Source: Verrucomicrobiota bacterium | GTDB lineage: Bacteria; Verrucomicrobiota; Verrucomicrobiia; Limisphaerales; JAHDYP01 | Direction: 5' to 3' | DNA: 64,000 nucleotides | Assembly (NCBI GenBank): GCA_046047235.1 | Contig: JBJOII010000001.1 | Coordinates: forward strand, 31,720-95,719 | Part shown: positions 1 to 10,244 of the stretch, piece by piece | Layout of the letters: each line of letters starts with the position of its first letter | Position numbering within the stretch: the stretch's first letter is position 1 | The notes under the pieces: generated by a model | What the model was told of the DNA's origin: nothing | Databases searched by the model: none | The model's input: the letters and a program-made list of their open reading frames with translations, nothing else | Program-made: the position numbers and the translations under genes

Positions 1-46
1 CACCGCGCCGCCCTATGTGGGCGGGAGCAGGCAATCAATAATCCGG

Positions 47-1015
47 TTATGGTGTGGCTGCTCCCTCGAGCTTATCCAGCGTAATCAGTTCGATCTTAAC
101 CGGAATATAGGCCTCAAGGGTTTCACCACCGAGCGCAGCCATTGCGCTGACGACAGCCTGCCGTCCCATCTCCGCGGGGTTTTGCGCCACCGAAGCCTCC
201 ATGCGTCCATCCTTGATCTCCTTGCGGGCCTCGTCCACCGCATCAAAACCCATGATCCGGATCTTGCCCGTCAGGCCGGCGGCAGCCACAGCCTCCACCG
301 CACCCAACGCCATCAAGTCATTCGCGGCAAAAATGGCCCCCAAATCGCGGTGGGCCTGCAACAGGTTCTGGGTGACATTGAATCCCTGGTCCCGTTCGTT
401 GTTGGCCGTCTGCGAGGCCACAATCTCCACGTTCTCCCTGTCCTTGACCGCATCCCGGAACCCCCGCAACCGGCTGTCTCCAGTCTCATGGCCCGGAATC
501 CCCTCAAGCAAAGCCACCTTCACGGGCTCCTTGCTGGAACTGGCCAGAAAATCCCCGACGATGCGGCCTCCGTCGTAATTGTCCGACCCGATAAAGGTCA
601 ACGTCCTGGCGCCCTCAGACTTCACCATCTCCTCGTCGAGACGGGTATCCACGATGATGACGGGTATGCCGGCCTTGTTCGCCTTGGCCACCGCGGGCAC
701 GAGCTCACGCGATCCGCTCGGGGTCAGGCATAAGGCCTTCACCCGCGTCTGGATCAGGTTCTCCACAATCTGCATCTGCTTCTCCACATCCAGCTCGCGC
801 TCGGCAGCCTGCACCACCAGATTGACGCCCAATTCAGCAGCCGCTTCCTCAGCACCGCGTTTCATGTCTAGAAAGAAGGGGCTGTTGAGCGTCTTGCAAA
901 CCAGCGCGATGCGCGGACTAGCATCGTCCTCATTGCCTGGCACCTGACGATTGCACGAAACCAAACCAGCAGCGGCCAAGGCCAGCACACCGGCGAGCAG
1001 AATCTGTTTTCTCAT
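47..1015 (-). CDS. rbsB: Ribose-type sugar ABC transporter substrate-binding lipoprotein
   Basis: Lipobox-like LVSC; LNSPFF, GSDNYDGG, ANDLMALGA and GFDA motifs of RbsB-family binding proteins; overlaps permease stop. Confidence 0.88.
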   Translation of the reverse strand: MRKQILLAGVLALAAAGLVSCNRQVPGNEDDASPRIALVCKTLNSPFFLDMKRGAEEAAAELGVNLVVQAAERELDVEKQMQIVENLIQTRVKALCLTPSGSRELVPAVAKANKAGIPVIIVDTRLDEEMVKSEGARTLTFIGSDNYDGGRIVGDFLASSSKEPVKVALLEGIPGHETGDSRLRGFRDAVKDRENVEIVASQTANNERDQGFNVTQNLLQAHRDLGAIFAANDLMALGAVEAVAAAGLTGKIRIMGFDAVDEARKEIKDGRMEASVAQNPAEMGRQAVVSAMAALGGETLEAYIPVKIELITLDKLEGAATP

Positions 1016-1962
1016 GAGTTGCGTCGTTTAAAAGCCGTATCAAAAAGCACTGCGGCGATAATCACCGCGCCAATAATGATCTGCTGCAGAAAGGAGGATA
1101 CGCCCAGAAGGTTCAAGCCGTTTCTGAGCACGCCCATCAGCAAGGCGCCAATTAGCGTCCCAGCCAACGTTCCCCGACCACCCATCAGGCTGGTTCCGCC
1201 AATGACGGTCGCCGCAATCGCGTCCAGCTCATAGGTCATCCCTGCGATGGGCTGGGCCGAGTTCAGTCGCGCAGTCAACACGATTGCCGCCACCGCACTG
1301 GTGCACCCTGACAGCACGTAAATCAGCGTCTTGTGAAAACGGATGTTCACGCCCGAAAGATGGGACGCCTGTTCGTTTCCACCCATGGCATAGGTGTAGA
1401 GACCGAAGCGCGTGCGCGTGAGCAGGACATGCGACAGCGCATAAACGATTAACATGATCCAGGCAGGCGCCGGAATGAACAGGAACTCCCCGTTTGCCAA
1501 AACCCGGAAGTCCTGACCAAAGCCCGAAATCGGCCGGCCATCGGTCATCAACAACGCACCGCCCCGGGCTACGCTCATCATCCCCAGCGTGGCAATAAAC
1601 GGAGGCAAACGTCCCAGGGTGACCAACAGCCCGTTCACCAGCCCGCACGCACCTCCCGCCGCCAACCCCAGCACTAATGCCATCGGAAACGCCACGCCCT
1701 TCTGCAAGAACCACGCCAGAACGATGCCCGAAAACGCCAGGATCGACCCTACCGACAAATCAATCCCCGCACTGATAATCACGAAGGTCATCCCCACCGC
1801 AATGATCCCGTTGATGGCCGATTGCTCGAGCACGGTCTTGAGGTTGTCCAGAGTGAGGAAATACGGGGTAAGGATCGTCAACGCCATGCACAACAGCAGC
1901 AGCCCGGCGAGGGTGCCCAGTTGCCGTCCGTGCTGTAATATCAACTTCTTCCAATGCATCAC
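1012..1962 (-). CDS. rbsC: Ribose-type ABC transporter permease
   Basis: Hydrophobic; GIDLSVGS, PPFIATLG and YELDAIAATVIGGTSLMGGRG motifs. Confidence 0.92.
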   Translation of the reverse strand: MMHWKKLILQHGRQLGTLAGLLLLCMALTILTPYFLTLDNLKTVLEQSAINGIIAVGMTFVIISAGIDLSVGSILAFSGIVLAWFLQKGVAFPMALVLGLAAGGACGLVNGLLVTLGRLPPFIATLGMMSVARGGALLMTDGRPISGFGQDFRVLANGEFLFIPAPAWIMLIVYALSHVLLTRTRFGLYTYAMGGNEQASHLSGVNIRFHKTLIYVLSGCTSAVAAIVLTARLNSAQPIAGMTYELDAIAATVIGGTSLMGGRGTLAGTLIGALLMGVLRNGLNLLGVSSFLQQIIIGAVIIAAVLFDTAFKRRNS

Positions 1963-3452
1963 ACTTCTCCCAGTGCAGCCTTCAACACCGTAGGCTGGTC
2001 CACTCTGCCACGTTCAAACTCGGCCGACACGCGGCCACCATGCAGGACAAGGATCCGGTCACTCATCCCCAACACCTCAGGCAGGTCCGAGGAGATCATC
2101 AGGATCCCCGCCCCTTGCGCCGTCAGCTGGTTCATTAACTCGTAAATCCCCACCTTGGCGGCGACATCAATTCCGCGTGTCGGCTCGTCAAAGATCAGGA
2201 TGTCGGCTTCCCTCGCCAGCCATTTGCCCAGCACGACCTTCTGCTGATTGCCTCCGCTCAGGTTCACAGTCGCCTGCTCAAGGTGGGGCGTCCGCACGCT
2301 GAGCTGCTCCACCTGCTTTCCGGCAACCTCACTCTCCCTGCGCGAACTCAGGAATCCACGCGGATAGGTCGTCTCAGGGTTCGCCAGCGAAATGTTCTGT
2401 CGAATCGACAGCGGCAACACCAACCCCATGCCCTTGCGATCCTCCGGCAAATACCCCATGCGCTCGCGCACCGCCACCGCCGGCGAGTCCATCCGCACCG
2501 GCCTGCCATGCACTCGAACCTGCCCCGCAGAAGCTTGCAACTGCCCGAACAGCGTCCGCGCCAGGGTGCTGCGACCCGACCCCATCAATCCCGCCACCCC
2601 CAGAATCTCCCCCCGCCGCAAGGTAAGATTCACGCCACGCAACTTGCCAACCGTGCATAACCCTTCCACCTCCAGCAATGGCTCACCCGGCTCAACCGGC
2701 CTGCGCGGAAAATGTTCCTTCAACTCACGATCCGCCATCCAACGGATCAACTCCGAAATCGACGTCTCCTCCACAGGCCGCGTCGCCACCCACCGGCCAT
2801 CGCGCATCACGGTCACACGATCCCCCACCTCGAGGATCTCCTCCATTCGATGCGAAATATAGACTATGCCCACACCACGCTCCCGGACCTGCCCGATCAG
2901 CTCGAACAACCGCCGGATCTCGGTCGGCGTCAGGGCGGACGTCGGCTCGTCCATGATGATAATCCGGGCCTCAAAAGCCAGCGCCCGCGCAATCTCCACC
3001 ATCTGTTGCTGGGCAATGCTCAACTGGTCCACCAACACCCCGGGATCGATCCGGATCCCCAGGCTGTTCAAAATCTCGCGGGTCCTCCTCCGCATCCCGG
3101 CATGATCCAGCAACCCCCACCCGAGACCCGGTTCCCTCCCAAGAAATATGTTGGAGTAAACCGGCAGCTGCGGCACCAGACTGCACTCCTGATAGATGGT
3201 GTTGATCCCCAAATGCAGGGCTTCAGCCGGACTGCGAAACTGCACCGGGCGCCCGTCCAAAAGCATCTCCCCCGCATCGCTGACATAGGCCCCGCTCAAA
3301 ATCTTCATGAGCGTCGACTTCCCCGCCCCGTTCTCCCCCAGCAAGACATGCACCTCCCCCGACCGCAGCTCAAAATCCACCCCGTCCAGTGCCAACACCC
3401 CGGGAAACACCTTCCGCATCCCCCGCATCTGCAACAAAGGCACCCCGCTCAT
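1959..3452 (-). CDS. rbsA: Sugar ABC transporter ATP-binding protein (two ABC domains)
   Basis: Walker A GENGAGKST, MDEPT, LSGGNQQK, FDEPTRGIDV; start trimmed to MSGVPLL. Confidence 0.92.
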   Translation of the reverse strand: MSGVPLLQMRGMRKVFPGVLALDGVDFELRSGEVHVLLGENGAGKSTLMKILSGAYVSDAGEMLLDGRPVQFRSPAEALHLGINTIYQECSLVPQLPVYSNIFLGREPGLGWGLLDHAGMRRRTREILNSLGIRIDPGVLVDQLSIAQQQMVEIARALAFEARIIIMDEPTSALTPTEIRRLFELIGQVRERGVGIVYISHRMEEILEVGDRVTVMRDGRWVATRPVEETSISELIRWMADRELKEHFPRRPVEPGEPLLEVEGLCTVGKLRGVNLTLRRGEILGVAGLMGSGRSTLARTLFGQLQASAGQVRVHGRPVRMDSPAVAVRERMGYLPEDRKGMGLVLPLSIRQNISLANPETTYPRGFLSSRRESEVAGKQVEQLSVRTPHLEQATVNLSGGNQQKVVLGKWLAREADILIFDEPTRGIDVAAKVGIYELMNQLTAQGAGILMISSDLPEVLGMSDRILVLHGGRVSAEFERGRVDQPTVLKAALGEV

Positions 3453-3641
3453 CTCAGCACCCCCAATGCTCCGCCCGCCCCCAAATACCGACCCGCCAGG
3501 TCCAAAAGCATGGACCAACTTGAAACTGGCAGTGCGTCACAGGGAAACATGTAAGCCAGATTCTTAAAGCGCCCGCTCACCCGTGGCAAGGCCAGGCCGC
3601 AACCCGCACACCCCAACCCCCGCGCGTTTCGGTGGTCCGCC

Positions 3642-3739
3642 CTCAGCCCTCAGCCCTCAGCCCTCCGCACTCCGCACTCCGCCCTCCGCCCTCCGCACTC
3701 CGCCCTCAGCCCTCAGCCCTCAGCCCTCAGCCCTCAGCG
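3642..3739 (+). repeat. Heptamer tandem array, 14 units of CTC(A/C)GC(C/A)
   Basis: Directly read: ctcagcc x3, ctccgca/ctccgcc x6, ctcagcc x4, ctcagcg; intergenic between divergent rbsA and the oxidoreductase. Confidence 0.95.
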
Positions 3740-3788
3740 CTTTGCGCACACTTGCCCCGCCCCCGCGATCTACCGCACAGTCCCCGCC

Positions 3789-4895
3789 ATGCAATCACAG
3801 AAAGTCCGCTGGGGAATCCTTGGTGCCGCCGGTATCGCCCACAAAAACTGGAAAGGCCTCCAACTCTCGGGCAACTCGATCGTCACGGGTGTTGCCAGCC
3901 GTAATCCAGACCACAGCCGAAAATTCATCGACGAGTGCCAGGCTGAAGTCCCGTTCGAGCAGGCCCCGCAGGTGTTCAACTCCTATGCCGACCTCCTCGC
4001 GAGTGATCAGGTCGATGCCGTCTACATCCCCCTGCCCACCGGCCCCCGCAAGGAATGGGTCATCCGCGCTGCCAAAGCCGGCAAGCACGTTGTTTGTGAG
4101 AAACCCTGCGGCGGAACCGTGGCCGACCTCCGCGAGATGCTCGCCGCCTGCGAAGCCAACAAAGTCCAGTTCATGGACGGCGTGATGTTCATGCACAGCG
4201 CCCGACTGGATACGCTTCGCGGGGTGCTGGACGACGCCAAAACGGTCGGGGACATGCGTCGTATCACCACAGCTTTCACCTTCGGACAAGCTCCCGAGTT
4301 TTTTACCGACAACATCCGTGTCCACAGTGTACTCGAACCCCTTGGCTGCCTCGGCGACCTGGGGTGGTACTGCGTCCGGTTCATCCTCTGGCTCATGCGT
4401 TGGCAGATGCCCGTCCAGGTCACCGGCCATCTGCTGGACCAACACGGCCGCCCGGACAGCCCGGCACCCGTATCCACCGGATTCCAGGGCCACCTCCTCT
4501 TCCCCGGCAACGTCTCCGCCGACTACTATTGCTCCTTTGTCACCGAGACTGAGCAATGGGCACGCATCAGCGGCACCAAAGGCATCCTCGAAATCTCGGA
4601 TTACGTGCTTCCCTGGAACGGGCCTGAGCTCCATTTCCAAACCCACCACACGGCCGTCGAAGCCAACGGCTGCAACTTCCAGCTCACGGACGTCGTACAA
4701 CAACACACCACCCGGGAACACAGCCACGGCAACCCGAACGCCCAGGAAAGCCTCCTGTTCCGCAACTTCAGCGCCCAAGTGCTTTCCGGCACCCTCAACC
4801 CGGACTGGCCGGACCAAGCCCTCAAAACCCAGATCGTCACCAACGCCTGCCTCGACTCCGCGCAACAATCCGGACAAGCCGTCCGGCTGGCCTAA
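3789..4895 (+). CDS. Gfo/Idh/MocA family oxidoreductase
   Basis: WGILGAAGIA Rossmann motif, KHVVCEKP, GCLGDLGWY. Confidence 0.92.
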   Translation: MQSQKVRWGILGAAGIAHKNWKGLQLSGNSIVTGVASRNPDHSRKFIDECQAEVPFEQAPQVFNSYADLLASDQVDAVYIPLPTGPRKEWVIRAAKAGKHVVCEKPCGGTVADLREMLAACEANKVQFMDGVMFMHSARLDTLRGVLDDAKTVGDMRRITTAFTFGQAPEFFTDNIRVHSVLEPLGCLGDLGWYCVRFILWLMRWQMPVQVTGHLLDQHGRPDSPAPVSTGFQGHLLFPGNVSADYYCSFVTETEQWARISGTKGILEISDYVLPWNGPELHFQTHHTAVEANGCNFQLTDVVQQHTTREHSHGNPNAQESLLFRNFSAQVLSGTLNPDWPDQALKTQIVTNACLDSAQQSGQAVRLA

Positions 4896-4981
4896 ACACC
4901 GGCCCATCCCGGCCAGACTTCGAATAGCCCCCGCAACATCCGATTTGCCAGCCCTCCGCTCATGATCCATAACCTGCCTGC

Positions 4982-6043
4982 ATGAACCCCGCGCTGCCGA
5001 CACTCCTCACCATACTCCTGTCTGTAATGTCAGTCCGTGCAGCCACCCCGCCCCAGATCGTCATCACAAACGAAGTCCTCCGCGCAACGGTCTACCTGCC
5101 CGCCAAAGAAAATGCCTTCTACCCAGGCACGCGCTTCGACCACGCAGGCATGATCGGCAGCCTGCAGTTCGCCGGTCACGACTTCTTCCCCCAATGGTTC
5201 GACCGCATTGATCCCGCTGTCCATGACTTCACCTATGACGGCAACGCCATCGCGGCCAGCCCCTGCACAGCCGCCACGGGGCCAGCCGAAGAATTCTCAA
5301 CGAATGGAAAGCCTCTCGGTTTCGATACAGCCAAACCGGGCGACACATTCATCAAAATCGGGGTCGGCCTCCTCACCCGGCCTGACGACCGCGACTACGA
5401 TCCCTACCGGGTGTATGCGCTGCGGAATGCCGGCCGTTGGAACATCCGAACCACCCCCCGGTCAGTCGAATGCCAGCAGCAGCTGGAGGACCCCGCCTCA
5501 GGCTACGCCTACGACTACCGCAAAACCATCTACCTGGCTCCAGGTGACACCCCCCGACTGATCCTCGCCCACCACCTCCGCAACCTCGGACGTCAAACGC
5601 TGGAAACCGACGTCTACAACCACAACTTTCTCTTCCTGGACCGGCTCCCCCCGACTCCCGGAACCACCATCACCCTGCCATTTAACATTCAGGCCACACC
5701 GGTGCCAGATCCCTCCCTCGCCACAATCCAGGGCCAATCAATCCACTTCCAAAAAACCTTCTCCGGCGAAGACCGCATCTTCATGCGCATCGAAGGCTTT
5801 GGAACCTCCGCAGCCGACTACGATATCCGCATCGAAAACCCGCAGGCAGGTGCCGGACTCCGTATCCGGGGAGACCGCCCGCTGGCACGCATGGCCCTGT
5901 GGAGCATCCGCGCCCCGATCTCTCTCGAACCCTTCCTGCACATTCGCATCGATCCCGGAGAGGAATATCAATGGCAGATCGCCTATGATCTCTACGCCCT
6001 CAAACAACCCGCCCCACAAACGCTCAGATTGCCCGCCAACTAG
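4982..6043 (+). CDS. Exported protein, probable galactose-mutarotase/aldose-epimerase-like fold
   Basis: Signal peptide; GTRFD, YNHNF and EPF motifs resemble the mutarotase superfamily; sugar-cluster context. Confidence 0.6.
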   Translation: MNPALPTLLTILLSVMSVRAATPPQIVITNEVLRATVYLPAKENAFYPGTRFDHAGMIGSLQFAGHDFFPQWFDRIDPAVHDFTYDGNAIAASPCTAATGPAEEFSTNGKPLGFDTAKPGDTFIKIGVGLLTRPDDRDYDPYRVYALRNAGRWNIRTTPRSVECQQQLEDPASGYAYDYRKTIYLAPGDTPRLILAHHLRNLGRQTLETDVYNHNFLFLDRLPPTPGTTITLPFNIQATPVPDPSLATIQGQSIHFQKTFSGEDRIFMRIEGFGTSAADYDIRIENPQAGAGLRIRGDRPLARMALWSIRAPISLEPFLHIRIDPGEEYQWQIAYDLYALKQPAPQTLRLPAN

Positions 6044-6148
6044 CCGTCACCCGCCACGGCCCCGTTACAATTCCACCGCTCGGTTTTCATTGCCTCCCGC
6101 ACCGGGATGGTGTGTGGTTAACCAAGTCAAGAGAGACCAGTCTATCCC

Positions 6149-7756
6149 ATGAAACGCTCGTTCCATCTCATCACCAACCTGCTCCTTATCGCTGCCACCA
6201 GTTCGCTGGCCGTCGCTGAGGCGCCCATCACCATCACAGTAAAGAACTTCCGCTCGCTGACCAACATGGTCGCCAAGATCGCGGATACAGCCTCACCCGG
6301 ATCCTCCTACCAGGTGCTCTCCGGCCTGCAAGGCATGCTCAGTGACGCCACCCTCGAAGCCATCGACACCGAACGCCCCTGGCACGCCGCAGTCTGGATC
6401 GAAAGCCTCGGCGGCACCCCCGCCATGAGCCTCTTCCTGCCCACCAAAGACTACAGCGCACTGAAATCGTCCCTCGAATACGGCCCGCTCATGAACGGCC
6501 CGTCCGGCGCCGCCGAAGTCTCCGAGAACGGCTCCTACGCCGCCCTCTATTACCCCGGTGACATGGACTCGGAATCCGCCAGCTCCGAACACAAGGCCTG
6601 GAAATCCTCCAGCCTCAAATCGCTCGACGGAGTCATCGACCTCAGCATCCAACCCAGCGAACCCCTCCGCCAACAAATCGTCCAAAGCCTCGCCATGGTC
6701 CGCATGATGATCGGCGGCGCGTTTAGCTCCCAATCCCAGGACGCCTTCCCCGGTGTCGACCCCATGGTCATGTCCCAGCTGCTCGGCAGCTACTTCGATG
6801 TCATCGATATCGGCCTGAAAGGCTGGCAGAAACTCAGCATCGGCCTCGACCTGAGCGGCGAAAACCTCGCAGTCCGCCAAAGCCTCACCGCCATCGACGG
6901 CTCCGAACTCTCCAAATGGCTGCAAGGCAGCGATGGCAGCCTCGGCTCCGTCACCAGCTTCATCGACGAAACCTCCCCGGCCGCCTTCGCCATGCGCTGG
7001 GACGCCAACCCCGCCTACATGCCGACGTTGAAGAAATTCATGCGCCTCAGCATGCAAATGCAGGGCACCGCACCCGATTCCGAAGCCGTCGCCGAAACAG
7101 AAAAGCTCCTCGACCTCATGGCTCCCATGCAAGCCGCCGGAACCATCGACTTCGCCAATGGCATGGGAATCTCCGGCGTCTACCAGTTCCCCGGCCGCGA
7201 CGTAAACGAGATGTACGGCCTCATGCGCAAGTTCATCCAAAACTCCATGCAGGGCCAGGTCGGTGAAAACATGCCCTACAAAGAACTGAGCATTAAGGAA
7301 GGCCACCACAAAATCGGCAGCCAGTCCGTCGACCGCGTCACCATGGCCTTCAACCTCGACGCGCCCATGTACCAAATGCAGGGCCAGAAGGAAATCATCG
7401 AAGGCATGTTCCCCGGCGGCAAAATGGAGTTCGACTACGCTGTCAAAGGCGACAACCTCTTCGTCGCCTCCCCCGACCGGCTGGAACAACTCCTCGCCAC
7501 CAGCAACTCCGCAGCCAAAACCCAGATCGGCACACTGCGCCCCACCACCGTCCTCGCCGCACGGATCAATATGCTCAAGCTCGTCCCGCAGTTCATGAAG
7601 AATAACCCCATGGTCCCCGAAACCACGCGGAACCAATTCAATAATATCGATAGCACCGGCACGGATATCCGCATGACCATCGACCTCGATGGCTCACTCA
7701 AGGGCGAAACGCTCGTCCCCCTGCGCCTCATCAAGAACGTGGCCCAGTCCATGTAA
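6149..7756 (+). CDS. Exported hypothetical protein (Met-rich, PVC-type)
   Basis: Signal peptide ending SSLA-VA; long ORF with consistent codon bias; followed by terminator. Confidence 0.75.
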   Translation: MKRSFHLITNLLLIAATSSLAVAEAPITITVKNFRSLTNMVAKIADTASPGSSYQVLSGLQGMLSDATLEAIDTERPWHAAVWIESLGGTPAMSLFLPTKDYSALKSSLEYGPLMNGPSGAAEVSENGSYAALYYPGDMDSESASSEHKAWKSSSLKSLDGVIDLSIQPSEPLRQQIVQSLAMVRMMIGGAFSSQSQDAFPGVDPMVMSQLLGSYFDVIDIGLKGWQKLSIGLDLSGENLAVRQSLTAIDGSELSKWLQGSDGSLGSVTSFIDETSPAAFAMRWDANPAYMPTLKKFMRLSMQMQGTAPDSEAVAETEKLLDLMAPMQAAGTIDFANGMGISGVYQFPGRDVNEMYGLMRKFIQNSMQGQVGENMPYKELSIKEGHHKIGSQSVDRVTMAFNLDAPMYQMQGQKEIIEGMFPGGKMEFDYAVKGDNLFVASPDRLEQLLATSNSAAKTQIGTLRPTTVLAARINMLKLVPQFMKNNPMVPETTRNQFNNIDSTGTDIRMTIDLDGSLKGETLVPLRLIKNVAQSM

Positions 7757-7780
7757 CCCTGCCCCAATAACCCGCTTCAC

Positions 7781-7814
7781 AAGCCCCGGCCCCCAAGGCC
7801 GGGGCTTTTTATTT
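7781..7814 (+). terminator. Rho-independent terminator
   Basis: aagccccggcc-cccaa-ggccggggctt stem-loop followed by tttattt, just after stop 7756. Confidence 0.85.
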
Positions 7815-7850
7815 CTCAGCCCCCAACACCACCATGCCTGCCTGGGACGA

Positions 7851-8000
7851 TTCACGCGGTTCACCCCAGATTCACGCTCAGCTCCCTTCACAGGGTAAAC
7901 CTCACCACCCACACCCCAAACCTCACCACCCCACCGACCCACCCACGCCCTCCATTCACGTCAGGCTGCGTTCACGCGGTTCACCCCAGATTCACGCTCA
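7851..8000. repeat. 30-bp exact direct repeat pair (7851-7880, 7971-8000) with an internal aaacctcaccaccc duplication
   Basis: ttcacgcggttcaccccagattcacgctca occurs twice, 120 bp apart. Confidence 0.9.
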
Positions 8001-8016
8001 TGGGTAGGAAATTACC

Positions 8017-8103
8017 CCAAAAAAACGGCCCATAGGCCCTATTCCGGGGGTGAAAATTGGGAGAACCTGTTGCAATCCAGTAGGTTGCCGTGGTCCGACG
8101 ACG
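8017..8103. repeat. Partial (right-end) copy of the MITE-like element at 62120-62360
   Basis: ccaaaaaaacggcccata...aggttgccgtggtccgacgacg matches 62276-62360 with near-identical spacing. Confidence 0.6.
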
Positions 8104-8157
8104 ACTTACTCGACGACTTACTTTGCGTAGTTGAGGCAATCTGGCATTGTGCCCCCC

Positions 8158-9765
8158 ATGCACGCCCGCCAGTCACGCATCCTCGCCGCGCTGCTCATCC
8201 TCGCCGCAAGCTACATCCAGCCCCGGGCAGCCACTCCCGCCAAGCCCAACGTGCTGTTGATTGTAGCCGACGACATGGGCTTCTCCGATCTGGGCTGCTA
8301 CGGCGGAGAGATCTCTACCCCGAACCTTGACGGACTTGCCGCCAACGGCCTGCGCTTTGCCCAGTTCTACAACACCGCCCGTTGCTGGCCCACCCGCGGC
8401 GCACTCATGACCGGCTACTACGCCCAGCAAATCCGGCGGGACACGGTTCCCGGAGTAAAGAGCGGCGGTGGTGGCACGCGCCCCGACTGGGCACCACTCC
8501 TGCCCGAACGCCTCCGCCCCCTCGGCTACCGCTCCTATCACTCAGGTAAATGGCACATCGACGGACCCCGTATGGCAGGCGGTTTCGACGCCTCCTACAG
8601 CGTCGAGGACCACGACCGCTTCTTCTATCCCAAACGACACCTGGCGAATGACAAGGACCTCCCTCCCATCGAACCCGGCTCAGGTTATTACTCCACCACC
8701 GCCATTGCCGACCACGCGATCCGCTGCCTGCAAGACCACGCCGAAAACCATGCTGACCAACCCTTCTTCCATTACCTCTGCTTCCTCTCACCCCACTTCC
8801 CACTCCACGCACCGCCGGAGGACATCAACCGCTACCTCCATCGCTACCAGGGAGGCTGGGACGTCCTCCGCCAGGAACGCTGGCAACGCATGCAGGACCT
8901 CGGACTCGTCAATCACCCGCTGCCTCCAATGGAAGCCGAGGTCGGCCCCCCCTACCATTTCCCGAAGGCCCTCGAACAACTCGGCCCCAACGAGGTCAAC
9001 CGCCCCCTCCCCTGGAACACCCTCACCCCCGATCAGCAGTCTTTCCAGGCAGCGAAAATGGCGGTGCACGCCGCCATGGTGGATCGCATGGACCAGGAAA
9101 TCGGCCGCGTCATCAGCCAGCTCAAGACCATGAACGCCCTCGACAATACGCTCATCCTCTTCCTGTCCGATAACGGGGCCAGCGCCGAAATCATGGTCCG
9201 CGGTGACGGCCACGACCAAAACGCGCCACCCGGATCACCCGCCTCCTTCCTGTGCCTCGGTCCCGGCTGGTCCAGTGCCGCCAATACCCCCCATCGTCGA
9301 CATAAAACCTGGGTCCACGAAGGCGGCATCTCCACCCCGCTCATCGCCCACTGGCCCCAAGGTATCCACCACCGCGGCCAATGGCGCGCAACCCCCACCC
9401 ACGTCATCGACATCGCCCCCACCATCGTCGAACTCGCCGGCGGTTCCTGGCCAGACGCATGGAACCACTCGAGCGCCCCCAAAACTCCCGGTCGCAGCCT
9501 CGCCCCAGTCCTCCAACACAACACCAACGCACTCCATGACTCCATCTGGTGGCTCCACGAAGGCCATCGCGCCATCCGCGCAGGTGACTGGAAAGCAGTT
9601 CGCGACGGTGATGACCAACCCTGGGAACTCTACAACCTCGCCAACGACCGGGGCGAATCCCTGAACCTCGCCGCCACCGAACCCGAACGCCTCCAAACAC
9701 TCGTCGCCCTCTGGGAAACCCAATGGGCCGCCATCCAGGAAAACGCCAAACCACCCGAAGAGTAG
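8158..9765 (+). CDS. Arylsulfatase (S1, formylglycine-dependent)
   Basis: Signal peptide; PNVLLIVADDMG, CWPTR (CxPxR), GKWH, SDNG, ELYNL. Confidence 0.93.
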   Translation: MHARQSRILAALLILAASYIQPRAATPAKPNVLLIVADDMGFSDLGCYGGEISTPNLDGLAANGLRFAQFYNTARCWPTRGALMTGYYAQQIRRDTVPGVKSGGGGTRPDWAPLLPERLRPLGYRSYHSGKWHIDGPRMAGGFDASYSVEDHDRFFYPKRHLANDKDLPPIEPGSGYYSTTAIADHAIRCLQDHAENHADQPFFHYLCFLSPHFPLHAPPEDINRYLHRYQGGWDVLRQERWQRMQDLGLVNHPLPPMEAEVGPPYHFPKALEQLGPNEVNRPLPWNTLTPDQQSFQAAKMAVHAAMVDRMDQEIGRVISQLKTMNALDNTLILFLSDNGASAEIMVRGDGHDQNAPPGSPASFLCLGPGWSSAANTPHRRHKTWVHEGGISTPLIAHWPQGIHHRGQWRATPTHVIDIAPTIVELAGGSWPDAWNHSSAPKTPGRSLAPVLQHNTNALHDSIWWLHEGHRAIRAGDWKAVRDGDDQPWELYNLANDRGESLNLAATEPERLQTLVALWETQWAAIQENAKPPEE

Positions 9766-10041
9766 TCCTGGCCGCAGCGCACCCCAACCCCTGTCCTTCG
9801 TAGCTCGAGGAGCGAAGGCGGGTGTGTCGTCCGCGAAACATTGGCCCCACCTCGCGCACTCTTCGGGATCGCTATCGCTATCGAAATCGAGATCGAACGC
9901 GACTTGGTCGCGAGTAGCCGGAAGAGCGCAGGGAGATGACAGTAACTACGCGCCGCCCAGCGACACCGCGCTCTCCGCTCCCACGGCCTCCCCTCTCCTC
10001 TCTCCTCTCTCCCTGCGGCCCGCCCTCGGGTCGCAAGAGCT

Positions 10042-10120
10042 CTCAGCTCTCAGCCCTCAGCTCTCAGCCCTCAGCTCTCAGCCCTCAGCCCTCAGCCCTC
10101 AGCTCTCAGCCCTCAGCCCT
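10042..10120 (+). repeat. Heptamer tandem array, 11 units of CTCAGC(C/T)
   Basis: Directly read; same family and orientation as 3642-3739. Confidence 0.95.
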
Positions 10121-10244
10121 ATCTCCCTCCTGCTCGGCGCAACCGCGCCGACTATCTGTCCCGAAACTCCACCCCCGTCCCGCGCCCAAAGTCTCGACAC
10201 CGCCTCTCGTCGATGGTCCACTCACACCTCGCATCCCTAACTGT

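Noticed and set aside
3583-4185. ORFs spanning the first heptamer array
   Set aside because: Low-complexity translation overlapping the real oxidoreductase in another frame.
3642-10120. Repeat arrays as CRISPR
   Set aside because: No unique spacers between repeats, units too short, and no cas genes.
9936-10244. N-terminal extension of the 570-aa ORF through the heptamer array
   Set aside because: The SQPSAL repeats are translated DNA repeats; the Tat signal places the real start at 10245.
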